This document shows positions 1-6,610 of a stretch of 64,000 nucleotides of DNA, piece after piece (within the stretch, counting starts at the first letter, position 1; each line of letters opens with the position of its first letter). The notes below the pieces were generated by a model, which had not been told where the DNA came from, searched no databases, and was given only the letters and a program-made list of their open reading frames with translations. The position numbers and the translations under genes are program-made. Source of the DNA: a virus; the IMG/VR virus record IMGVR_UViG_3300032236_000601, positions 3,786 through 67,785 of that record. One strand, 5' to 3'.

Positions 1-68
1 TTATCAAAATAGTGGGGCATTAAATCTTTAACAGATTGAAAAAATACCCTTTGTTCGTCATGTGCCAT
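1..68 (-). CDS. Partial CDS (runs off window), possibly a class I SAM-dependent methyltransferase N-terminus
   Basis: AAGGAG SD then ATG at 68; MAHDEQRVFFQSVKDLMPHYFD... resembles N-termini of phage methyltransferases (recalled); only 22 codons visible. Confidence 0.4.
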   Translation of the reverse strand, partial: MAHDEQRVFFQSVKDLMPHYFD

Positions 69-84
69 TGACTTCTCCTTTACG

Positions 85-156
85 CTGATCTGGGAGGACT
101 CGAACCTCCAACCTAGCGATTAACAGTCGCTCACTCTGCCATTGAGTTACAGATCA
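85..156 (-). tRNA. trnN: tRNA-Asn (GTT)
   Basis: Acceptor TGATCTG/CAGATCA, anticodon loop CT-GTT-AA, T-loop TTCGAGT; CCA not encoded. Confidence 0.93.
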
Positions 157-166
157 CTATGCGTAA

Positions 167-205
167 ATTATATCCTATGCCTTACTGTTTATGCAAGGCA
201 TAGGA
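167..205 (-). promoter_or_regulatory. Sigma70-type promoter overlapped by an 11-bp inverted repeat (likely terminator of the upstream gene)
   Basis: TTGCAT(196-191)-18 nt-TATAAT(172-167); arms TCCTATGCCTT 173-183 and AAGGCATAGGA 195-205. Confidence 0.6.
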
Positions 206-213
206 CACAATCA

Positions 214-606
214 TTATGGATTAAGTGTTACACGAACTGTACTGAATTGACCAGTAAATATATTGGTAGTTATGGTGGTGGCATTTGTTGCTACTGGTCC
301 AGTATAAGTTGCCGCAACAACATCATTTAAAATAAACTCTACCTGTGTAGTTTTACATGAAGAATCTATTCCGCTAACAGTTATGCTGGTAACTTTTACT
401 CCATTAGAACTAGTATTTCCATATGTATATGCAGTTGTTACGCCATTAGTGTCGCAACTTGTTGCAGTCACCTGTCCCAATGCGGGAAACATTGGTGCTA
501 CAACATTCATAGCATCAATCGCATATGCCGTTCCTAAACTTGCAAAAACTCCAACAGATAGCACTGCTCCTGTTATTAATAAAACTGTTTTCTTATTCTT
601 TTTCAT
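214..606 (-). CDS. Secreted beta-rich protein with a Cys pair (fibre/pilin-subunit-like)
   Basis: Basic N-terminus, hydrophobic stretch and AYA cleavage motif; SCDTNGVT...VTSITVSGIDSSC; Thr-rich. Confidence 0.75.
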   Translation of the reverse strand: MKKNKKTVLLITGAVLSVGVFASLGTAYAIDAMNVVAPMFPALGQVTATSCDTNGVTTAYTYGNTSSNGVKVTSITVSGIDSSCKTTQVEFILNDVVAATYTGPVATNATTITTNIFTGQFSTVRVTLNP

Positions 607-766
607 TTTATTTTCCTATTCTATATAGTTTATTTGTTAACGATTGCCAAATGCCCATGCTATTAATAAAAATAATGCTATACAAACTATCTCTACAGCA
701 AAAAATATTGCAAGACCACTAAAGAAATCTTTTTTCATTTTAAAAACCTCATTTATATTTTAGGTA

Positions 767-796
767 ATGGCTGCTCAAGGTGACCTGAGCAGCCAT
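767..796 (-). terminator. Hairpin terminator downstream of the Gly/Asn-rich gene
   Basis: ATGGCTGCTCA / TGAGCAGCCAT 11-bp stem, AT-rich tail on minus strand. Confidence 0.7.
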
Positions 797-804
797 CCCC
801 CTAA

Positions 805-1509
805 CTAGTTGCCATACATTGGGATGGTACGAGTGCAAACATACCCACCTGTATAGCCATTAGGCCAATATGACCACGATGCTCCCCATCCTGTTGGACA
901 GGTTTGATTAAAGTTTCTTCCATATTGCTGTAGCCAATCAGGTGACCCTGCTGGTACTGGTGCAATTGGTGGAACTGGTGGTTTTGGTGGCTTTGGATGA
1001 CAATGCCTAAAACTATCTCCCATAAAGAAAGAGAAGTTTCCTCCATCAGTCATGTAACACTCGTGATGCTGCCCCTGGTTTCCGTTGCCATCATTATCTT
1101 GGTTATTGTTATCTCCATTGTTTTGATTGCCTCCGTTACCGCCCTGGCCTCCGCCTCCGTTGTTACCGCCGTTACCATTTCCGTTATTTCCTTGACCTCC
1201 ACCATTTCCTTGACCTCCATTGCCACTGTTTCCACCGTTGCCGTTGCCATTACCGTTATTTCCATTTCCGTTTCCATTGTTTCCGTTTCCATTACCGTTA
1301 TTGCCACCGCCCTGGTTTCCGTTTCCTTGGCCCTGATTTCCCTGACCTTGATGACCATTGCTGTTTCCGCTATTACCATTGCCGTTGCTACCATTGTTCT
1401 GATTATTTCCCCCATTATTGTTTCCATTGCCAGGGGCCGCAGAAGCAATTGGTGCATAAATCATGCCTGCTGCTACTAAAATTCCTGCTGTTGCTAAAAC
1501 TCTTTTCAT
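805..1509 (-). CDS. Secreted Gly/Asn/Gln-rich low-complexity protein with Pro linker and Trp/Cys-rich C-terminal domain
   Basis: GAGGAG SD; signal peptide ending ASA; ~120-aa G/N/Q tract; PKPPKPPVPP; PDWLQQYGR..CPTGWGASWSYWPNGYTGGYVCTR. Confidence 0.85.
   Translation of the reverse strand: MKRVLATAGILVAAGMIYAPIASAAPGNGNNNGGNNQNNGSNGNGNSGNSNGHQGQGNQGQGNGNQGGGNNGNGNGNNGNGNGNNGNGNGNGGNSGNGGQGNGGGQGNNGNGNGGNNGGGGQGGNGGNQNNGDNNNQDNDGNGNQGQHHECYMTDGGNFSFFMGDSFRHCHPKPPKPPVPPIAPVPAGSPDWLQQYGRNFNQTCPTGWGASWSYWPNGYTGGYVCTRTIPMYGN
1060..1435 (-). repeat. Coding low-complexity repeats (GGN/AAY codons) of the Gly-Asn tract
   Basis: Degenerate ttgcc/ttacc/tttcc repeats on + strand; translate as GNGNGN on minus strand. 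Confidence 0.8.
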
Positions 1510-1522
1510 ATTTAAAATCTCC

Positions 1523-1579
1523 TCGTTTTTAATGGATACTATTACTAGTTCCTAGTTTCAGTATCTACCTATTAGACGA
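1523..1579 (-). promoter_or_regulatory. Long imperfect 5' leader hairpin reaching the Shine-Dalgarno
   Basis: Nested pairs TCGT/ACGA, TAAT/ATTA, GATACT/AGTATC, ACTAG/CTAGT. Confidence 0.45.
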
Positions 1580-1670
1580 AAAACATTACTGATAAGAGCA
1601 GTCATGATTGGTCAGACAAAATAATTGACCATTAACACAAAATAAAAAAACACACTGCTATAATGCAAGT

Positions 1671-2006
1671 GTGTTTAATAGTATTATGAAAAAAGTAAGT
1701 TTATTGTTTCAAGAAGGCCCAACTTGGTCTGTTAGAAGAACCTTTGTTTTTCTCGCTGGAACATTTTGTGTTGCAATTATCTTATATGTGGTTGTTAGAT
1801 GGAATGATATTTCATTTGCATCCCCGCTAGTAATTGGAGCATTTGGAGTGTTAGGGACAGTGGTAACCGCATATGTTGGCGGTACAGTTTATAAAGAACA
1901 TGGAGAAAAAAAAGAAGAAACTTCACAAGCATTAGATGTTCTAAATGCTAATGAAGTCAGGCAAGCAAGACAAATGAAACACGATGAAGACTTTCCAACA
2001 TTATAG
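1671..2006 (+). CDS. Two-TM membrane protein, holin-like; only credible plus-strand gene
   Basis: TGCTATAAT 6 nt before GTG; WSVRR followed by two hydrophobic helices, YVGG, charged C-tail. Confidence 0.7.
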   Translation: MFNSIMKKVSLLFQEGPTWSVRRTFVFLAGTFCVAIILYVVVRWNDISFASPLVIGAFGVLGTVVTAYVGGTVYKEHGEKKEETSQALDVLNANEVRQARQMKHDEDFPTL

Positions 2007-2039
2007 CATTCAATACAGATACAAAATATAGTTTATAAG

Positions 2040-2111
2040 AGCCACTAGAAGGTACTGCCCCCTCTTATCCTGTTTACAAGACAGGCGCATTACTGTTTAT
2101 GCTATAGCGGC
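2040..2111 (-). tRNA. trnT: tRNA-Thr (TGT) with non-canonical T- and D-loops
   Basis: Acceptor GCCGCTA/TAGTGGC; anticodon stem CCTGT/ACAGG, loop CT-TGT-AA; T-loop GGCAGTA. Confidence 0.8.
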
Positions 2112-2498
2112 GTTGGTGCGCTTATGAGTTCTTTCTCTATGACAATTAGAACATACAACTTCACACTTTTCAATTTCTTTTAATATATCCTCTATTGAAT
2201 GCCAATATACCATTTGACCAATATTTTCAACCTTGAATCCATTAACATGATCAAAATCTAAAACATAGTATGGATACATTATTTTACAGTCAACGCACCC
2301 AGAGTCTTCTTTTATTTTGGCAATCATCAATCTTATCTCTGTTCTTCTTTTTTGAGATCTTTCCCCTGTTTTTCTCTTTTGATCATCTCCTAAATGATAT
2401 GAAATTGTTCCTTTGGAGCAACCTAAATATTCTTGTATTTCTCTATAAGTTTTTCCCTCTGACCTTAGACGAATAATTTCTTCTCTATATTTAGTCAT
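2097..2498 (-). CDS. HTH-HNH endonuclease (putative homing endonuclease)
   Basis: N-terminal HTH (GKTYREIQEYLGCSKGTISYH); CVDC...LDFDH...CEVVCSNCHRERT; leaderless promoter TGATATAAT-6 nt-ATG. Confidence 0.85.
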   Translation of the reverse strand: MTKYREEIIRLRSEGKTYREIQEYLGCSKGTISYHLGDDQKRKTGERSQKRRTEIRLMIAKIKEDSGCVDCKIMYPYYVLDFDHVNGFKVENIGQMVYWHSIEDILKEIEKCEVVCSNCHRERTHKRTNAAIA

Positions 2499-2527
2499 GG
2501 TTCAATTATATCATATAATTGAACATA

Positions 2528-2776
2528 TTAATCTGAATTTGCTGCGCTAGACTCACGCTTGACGCTCAACTTATGTCGTTCATCAATAATCTCAAATGCA
2601 TATGCACGCAATTTATCTTCATTTTTTGTAAAGTGGTGTCCACAGAAAAGCAAATCTCCTGATACGCCATTTATCCAAACATAGGCTTGCGCTCCGCAAG
2701 AATCACAACGATCATGTGCATTAAGCGTATCTGTTTCAGCAGCATCTTCTACCTTGTCAATAATCATGGCTTCCAT
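2528..2776 (-). CDS. Small Zn-binding protein of actinobacterial type
   Basis: LNAHDRCDSCGAQAYV...LLFCGHH; start moved to MEAMIID (GAAGG SD) because the longer ORF overlaps tRNA-Tyr. Confidence 0.75.
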   Translation of the reverse strand: MEAMIIDKVEDAAETDTLNAHDRCDSCGAQAYVWINGVSGDLLFCGHHFTKNEDKLRAYAFEIIDERHKLSVKRESSAANSD

Positions 2777-2815
2777 GTCATTACCTTCCGTTGTAGGATC
2801 TTGCATTCTATTTAT

Positions 2816-2845
2816 ATTATACGCTTGTTTACGCACAATTGTCAA
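2816..2845 (-). promoter_or_regulatory. Consensus sigma70/HrdB-type promoter
   Basis: TTGACA-18 nt-TATAAT immediately after tRNA-Tyr. Confidence 0.75.
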
Positions 2846-2846
2846 G

Positions 2847-2925
2847 TGCTGGATGTAGGAATCGAACCTACCATGCAATTGCGATTGGTTTACAGCCAAC
2901 TGCCCCACCTTGGAGCATATCCAGC
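2847..2925 (-). tRNA. trnY: tRNA-Tyr (GTA)
   Basis: Acceptor GCTGGAT/ATCCAGC; loop CT-GTA-AA; long variable arm; T-loop TTCGATT. Confidence 0.9.
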
Positions 2926-2926
2926 G

Positions 2927-2999
2927 TACCACTAATCGGATTTGAACCGATACTGGCTAGTTCCTAAGACTAGTGCCTCTACCGTTGGGCTATAGTGGC
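2927..2999 (-). tRNA. trnL: tRNA-Leu (TAG), short variable loop
   Basis: Acceptor GCCACTA/TAGTGGT; stem CTAGT/ACTAG, loop CT-TAG-GA; T-loop TTCAAAT. Confidence 0.88.
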
Positions 3000-3253
3000 T
3001 TATCAATATCTAGTGCCTCAACAAATTGATTCTTTGTCATGGCACCAGAAACTCTTTTTATTACTTCACCATGTTCTTCAGTAATAAAGGTGGGTACTCC
3101 ACGCACATCATATTGTAGTGCAGTATCCATGTCTTTGTCAATATCAATTGGTGAATATTCTATGTTTGGATATTCTTCAAGCACACTATTAATAACTGGC
3201 TTCATCATTTTGCATGGCTGACACCATTCTGCTGTAAAGTGAATTAATTTCAT
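2990..3253 (-). CDS. trxA: Thioredoxin
   Basis: FTAEWCQPCK active site and VRGVPT cis-Pro motif; start at MKLIHF after GAAAGG. Confidence 0.92.
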   Translation of the reverse strand: MKLIHFTAEWCQPCKMMKPVINSVLEEYPNIEYSPIDIDKDMDTALQYDVRGVPTFITEEHGEVIKRVSGAMTKNQFVEALDIDKPL

Positions 3254-3272
3254 TGTTTTACCTTTCTGTAAG

Positions 3273-3345
3273 CGCCCTTGGAGAGACTCGAACTCCCAAC
3301 TAAAGCGGTAGAAACGCTGTACTCTGTCCATTGAGTTACAAGGGC
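3273..3345 (-). tRNA. trnR: tRNA-Arg (TCT)
   Basis: Acceptor GCCCTTG/CAAGGGC; loop TT-TCT-AC; T-loop TTCGAGT. Confidence 0.88.
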
Positions 3346-3346
3346 T

Positions 3347-3423
3347 TGGAGCGAACGATGGGACTCGAACCCACAACAACCTGCTTGGAAGGCAGGAACT
3401 CTAGCCAATTGAGTTACGTTCGC
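3347..3423 (-). tRNA. trnG: tRNA-Gly (TCC) with encoded CCA
   Basis: Acceptor GCGAACG/CGTTCGC, ends TCCA; stem CCTGC/GCAGG, loop CT-TCC-AA. Confidence 0.95.
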
Positions 3424-3449
3424 AAGTATTGATCAATTTTATTACAAGA

Positions 3450-3647
3450 TTAACGAGTAACCAAACCAATCTTTGGTGGATACTGCTTTAAGCCCAAACG
3501 ATAGCAGCGTGTATAAGCAATTAGATATTGATTTTCTGCTGATTCACCTTGCTTACCTCCGCTGGCACGCTTTAATGCAGTGGCCGCAGTTTCAAGGTTT
3601 CTTAGAGCCTTTTCATCTTCTTCTGTGTAATCTTCCTTGCGCTTCAT
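3450..3647 (-). CDS. Hypothetical protein
   Basis: AGGAG SD; fills gap between GH gene and tRNAs. Confidence 0.7.
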   Translation of the reverse strand: MKRKEDYTEEDEKALRNLETAATALKRASGGKQGESAENQYLIAYTRCYRLGLKQYPPKIGLVTR

Positions 3648-3654
3648 AATTCTC

Positions 3655-4485
3655 CTATATATTTGTTATCGCTATTAGCGACGGATTATTGTAGTGATAA
3701 GCATACCAAAAGCAACGATCTATGTCAAGCATATTGCATATTGTATTGGTTTCACTCATTAATTTAATTTGATCTGGAATGGCATATGGGTTTCCCTTAC
3801 CGCCTAAATTATAATTTGTTTCTGTAATCCACAATGGCTTTTTAGGAGCCTTTGCTAAAGCGTTAATTGCAATCTTACAATCTCTTGTAAATCCTTCAAC
3901 CCCCTCGCTTTGCTGTGGATATATATGCATTGCATAAACGTCACAGGGATATCCTGCGCTCTTTAATGAAGAAAGTAGTGCTGCACCCTTAGTATCAAAG
4001 CCAGCCTGTCTGCGTGGCTGCAATGGATAGGAAACCACCTTTGCAGCAGGGTCTATTCTTTTAATAATTTGATATGCTGTCTTTGTTATTGTACCCATCG
4101 TTGCATAATCTCCAGAGTAAAATCTTTTATCTGCTGGCTCATTCCATACTTGATAATACTGAATTCTACCTTTATATCTAGTAACTACAGCCTGAACATA
4201 TGTGCTCCACATACCCATATTTGCTGGTGGCCTATTGCTACCCGCTGGCATCCATGCTGCCTGCTTTCCATCTGGACCGCCAAGTGCTGCCCATGCTGGT
4301 GGATGACCAATAACTAAACAAATGCTTCTTTTTCCTGCTGCTGCTACAAATGAATCTAGTGTAGACCAATCAAAAGTTCCACGTTCTTTTTCTATTCTTG
4401 CCCACTCTGTTTGACAATCCCATAACCTAATCGGTCCAGTAGGCGGCATATCCTGTATTACATTGCTGCCGAATATCGTTGGCAT
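3655..4485 (-). CDS. Clan GH-A glycoside hydrolase (GH5/GH39-like)
   Basis: WARIEKERGTFDW, acid/base QVWNEP, nucleophile LWITETN; no signal peptide. Confidence 0.85.
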   Translation of the reverse strand: MPTIFGSNVIQDMPPTGPIRLWDCQTEWARIEKERGTFDWSTLDSFVAAAGKRSICLVIGHPPAWAALGGPDGKQAAWMPAGSNRPPANMGMWSTYVQAVVTRYKGRIQYYQVWNEPADKRFYSGDYATMGTITKTAYQIIKRIDPAAKVVSYPLQPRRQAGFDTKGAALLSSLKSAGYPCDVYAMHIYPQQSEGVEGFTRDCKIAINALAKAPKKPLWITETNYNLGGKGNPYAIPDQIKLMSETNTICNMLDIDRCFWYAYHYNNPSLIAITNI

Positions 4486-4493
4486 GACGAATA

Positions 4494-4979
4494 TTATACA
4501 TCAAAAGTTAGATCGTTTATTGTTTTTTCAAACTCTTTTTCATGCATTTCTATTTCATCATTCTTTTTTTTAATATCAAGTTCTAATGAGTGTCTTTCTA
4601 TTTCATCATTCTTTTCTTTGATCTCAAATTCAAGATGATCATGCAGAACTTTTTGCATTCTATGAATTTCTTTAATTAAAGGAAAGAACTCTTGAGTCAT
4701 TATAAGATCTTCTCTACCAACCTTGTAAGTATTTTCTGCTAATTCTGTTGCAAGAGCATCTGCACGTTTTGCAGCAATCAAAAGAATTGCTCCTTGCAGT
4801 GCAGCAAGACAAGATAACAAAAGATTTAAAAGAATGAACGGAAAGGGATCAATTCCCCCTGGTCCTTTAAAAATTATCCATATAATTAAAAACCCTACAG
4901 CACTAAATACAAAGGGCCAAGAACCCATTCCGTTGCGAATTATATCTGCAAATCTGTTTCCTAAACTCATTCTCCCCAT
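4494..4979 (-). CDS. DUF1003-like membrane protein with coiled-coil tail
   Basis: GSWPF...DPFPFILLNLLLSCLAALQGAILLIA. Confidence 0.85.
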   Translation of the reverse strand: MGRMSLGNRFADIIRNGMGSWPFVFSAVGFLIIWIIFKGPGGIDPFPFILLNLLLSCLAALQGAILLIAAKRADALATELAENTYKVGREDLIMTQEFFPLIKEIHRMQKVLHDHLEFEIKEKNDEIERHSLELDIKKKNDEIEMHEKEFEKTINDLTFDV

Positions 4980-5021
4980 ATTTTTATTATAACAAATTAT
5001 TTACTAAATCATGAGGGAATA

Positions 5022-5507
5022 TCAGAAATATCCAGCAAATTCTGTGTTATAAAACAGTGTATGAGTGGGCCAAAAGTAATTACATTTTTCACAACAAGAA
5101 ATAAACTTATCATCCATAAACTCTGCATAATATTCAGGATCTTTGCGATAAAGATTATTACGATGTGATTGATGTATTCTATTATCTCCCCACCACGGAG
5201 GCATTACAACATTATCTCCACGATTCCAGTTTGATTCGTGGATTTGTTCAATAGCATTCCAGTTCTTTTCAGTCTTGATGCCACGATTATTACACTCCTT
5301 ATAAATAGCCTTAAGATATTCAAACAAGGCCATGTCATAATTGCGCCACATCTTGACAGCAGGATGGTTTGTCCACGGACCAGACCGCTTTCCTGATGCA
5401 AGAATATTATAAATTTGCCTACCCTCTAAGAGTTGTTTGTTAAGTCGTTTATTGTCTATTGATTGTGCAGATAATGTAACATCATTAAAGGGAACAAACG
5501 TTTGCAT
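5022..5507 (-). CDS. Pyrimidine-dimer DNA glycosylase-like protein (T4 endonuclease V / MSMEG_6728 family)
   Basis: MQTFVP...DNKRLNKQLLEGRQI...NHPAVKMW...PPWWG...HQSHRNNLYRKDPEYY. Confidence 0.85.
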   Translation of the reverse strand: MQTFVPFNDVTLSAQSIDNKRLNKQLLEGRQIYNILASGKRSGPWTNHPAVKMWRNYDMALFEYLKAIYKECNNRGIKTEKNWNAIEQIHESNWNRGDNVVMPPWWGDNRIHQSHRNNLYRKDPEYYAEFMDDKFISCCEKCNYFWPTHTLFYNTEFAGYF

Positions 5508-5532
5508 AATAATCCTAACGATAGAAATGACT

Positions 5533-5574
5533 AACCCACCACAAAGTATATTGCTCTGTGGTGGGTTTTGTCAA
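5533..5574 (-). promoter_or_regulatory. Sigma70-type promoter with the -10 inside an 11-bp inverted repeat
   Basis: TTGACA(5574-5569)-18 nt-TATACT(5550-5545); arms AACCCACCACA 5533-5543 and TGTGGTGGGTT 5557-5567. Confidence 0.65.
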
Positions 5575-5727
5575 CTAGAAATTTCTAGAAAATATAGCAT
5601 CAATTTCAGCACGCTCGCTGGATGTTGTTGCATTCGATCTCAATCTTTCCCATTCTCTATATACGTTATCATTTTCGCTTGTGGCTACTTCTGAACGACC
5701 AGAGAATATCTTTTTGATTGTAATCAC
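5575..5727 (-). CDS. Small hypothetical protein (50 aa)
   Basis: AGGAGG SD and GTG start; ...REWERLRSNATTSSERAEIDAIFSRNF. Confidence 0.7.
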   Translation of the reverse strand: MITIKKIFSGRSEVATSENDNVYREWERLRSNATTSSERAEIDAIFSRNF

Positions 5728-5795
5728 AGATATTCCTCCTTTTGATTGATACTTCAATCTTATCAGGAATATGTTCAAAAGTTAAGCAAATAACT

Positions 5796-5811
5796 TGTGA
5801 AACTGATCACT
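5796..5811. promoter_or_regulatory. CRP/GlxR-like box
   Basis: TGTGA-AACTGA-TCACT, 9/10 match to TGTGA-N6-TCACA, in a promoter region. Confidence 0.45.
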
Positions 5812-6592
5812 AGTGGGTAGCAAAGATCTTCTGATGTGTGGCAAGATCATAGGTTCCAGGATCTGCGGTACCATTTGCTCTATGCCATGCAGCAACAGCA
5901 TTTACTGGATACTTCTGCTGTCCACGAACTGGCTCTCCTGTAAAAAGACCTAGATCTTTTAACTTTGAGGCAAGTCTCCAAGTTGCATCTGTTGCTGTTC
6001 CAGCCTTTTCTGCTGAAATAACATCTGAAACTAATGGAACAACTCCATCCCAAGCACCTGTTGCACGAACACCATTATTGTCAATATTAAGTCTCTTAAT
6101 AACATTCTTAACATCTTCAAGTGTAGTGTTTCTCTTACATCCTCTATCCCAATACTGAGACAATTCTGTATGCATACCATCACAATGAGGGGTTGACCAC
6201 CATTCCCCATTTGCCAGTACCCTATGATTATCAACAGTAACATAGCGAGAAAGAATTTTATCTAAAATATCCTTCTCATCTGTTGTCATGTGTGGGTGAC
6301 CGTCAGCAGGAAGTACGGATGAATAAAGAACATCTACTGCTGTTCCCGATGCATGATTGCTAAGTCCAGTAGTCATTCTAGACTCACGATAGTTATATCC
6401 ATCGGTTGGACCTGGATCTAATTTCATGCGTGCAGGCATTTCTCTCTGCCAATCAGCAAAGAATGCTGCAAACAATGGTGCTGCGTCTACCTGTACCTTA
6501 ATTACTCTCTTTGTACCTGGAATTGTAATAGATCTTAGATGTGCATCTGACCCAGAAACAATAGCAGGCCAACCATTTAGCGTAGTTGCCAT
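5810..6592 (-). CDS. Endolysin, M15-family Zn peptidase with C-terminal wall-binding-like domain
   Basis: TLNGWP, GYNYR, SNHASGTAVD, DGMHTEL, as in actinophage LysA M15 domains. Confidence 0.85.
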   Translation of the reverse strand: MATTLNGWPAIVSGSDAHLRSITIPGTKRVIKVQVDAAPLFAAFFADWQREMPARMKLDPGPTDGYNYRESRMTTGLSNHASGTAVDVLYSSVLPADGHPHMTTDEKDILDKILSRYVTVDNHRVLANGEWWSTPHCDGMHTELSQYWDRGCKRNTTLEDVKNVIKRLNIDNNGVRATGAWDGVVPLVSDVISAEKAGTATDATWRLASKLKDLGLFTGEPVRGQQKYPVNAVAAWHRANGTADPGTYDLATHQKIFATH

Positions 6593-6610
6593 AAAAATAT
6601 CTCCTGTTAA

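Noticed and set aside
1060-1435. Possible CRISPR or non-coding repeat array
   Set aside because: Repeats are codon-periodic and degenerate with no constant repeat and unique spacers; no CRISPR array seen anywhere in the window
997-1479. 160-aa plus-strand and 135-aa alternative-frame ORFs over the Gly/Asn gene
   Set aside because: Stop-free shadows of GGN/AAY repeats; only the 805-1509 frame has an SD, a signal peptide and a folded C-domain
182-2102. Exact 13-mer TTACTGTTTATGC at 182-194 and in the tRNA-Thr D-arm (2090-2102), flanking the secreted-protein region like att sites
   Set aside because: 13-nt matches are expected by chance in AT-rich 64 kb; no integrase seen, and tRNA att sites normally duplicate the 3' part
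2040-2111. tmRNA fragment, because of the GGCAGUA T-loop
   Set aside because: Has a normal D-stem and a complete Thr anticodon arm, lacks the G3-U70 Ala identity pair, and no tag reading frame is evident
2777-3379. N-terminal extensions of ORFs 2528-2932 and 2990-3379
   Set aside because: They run through tRNA genes; internal starts with SD sequences at 2776 and 3253 fit the protein families
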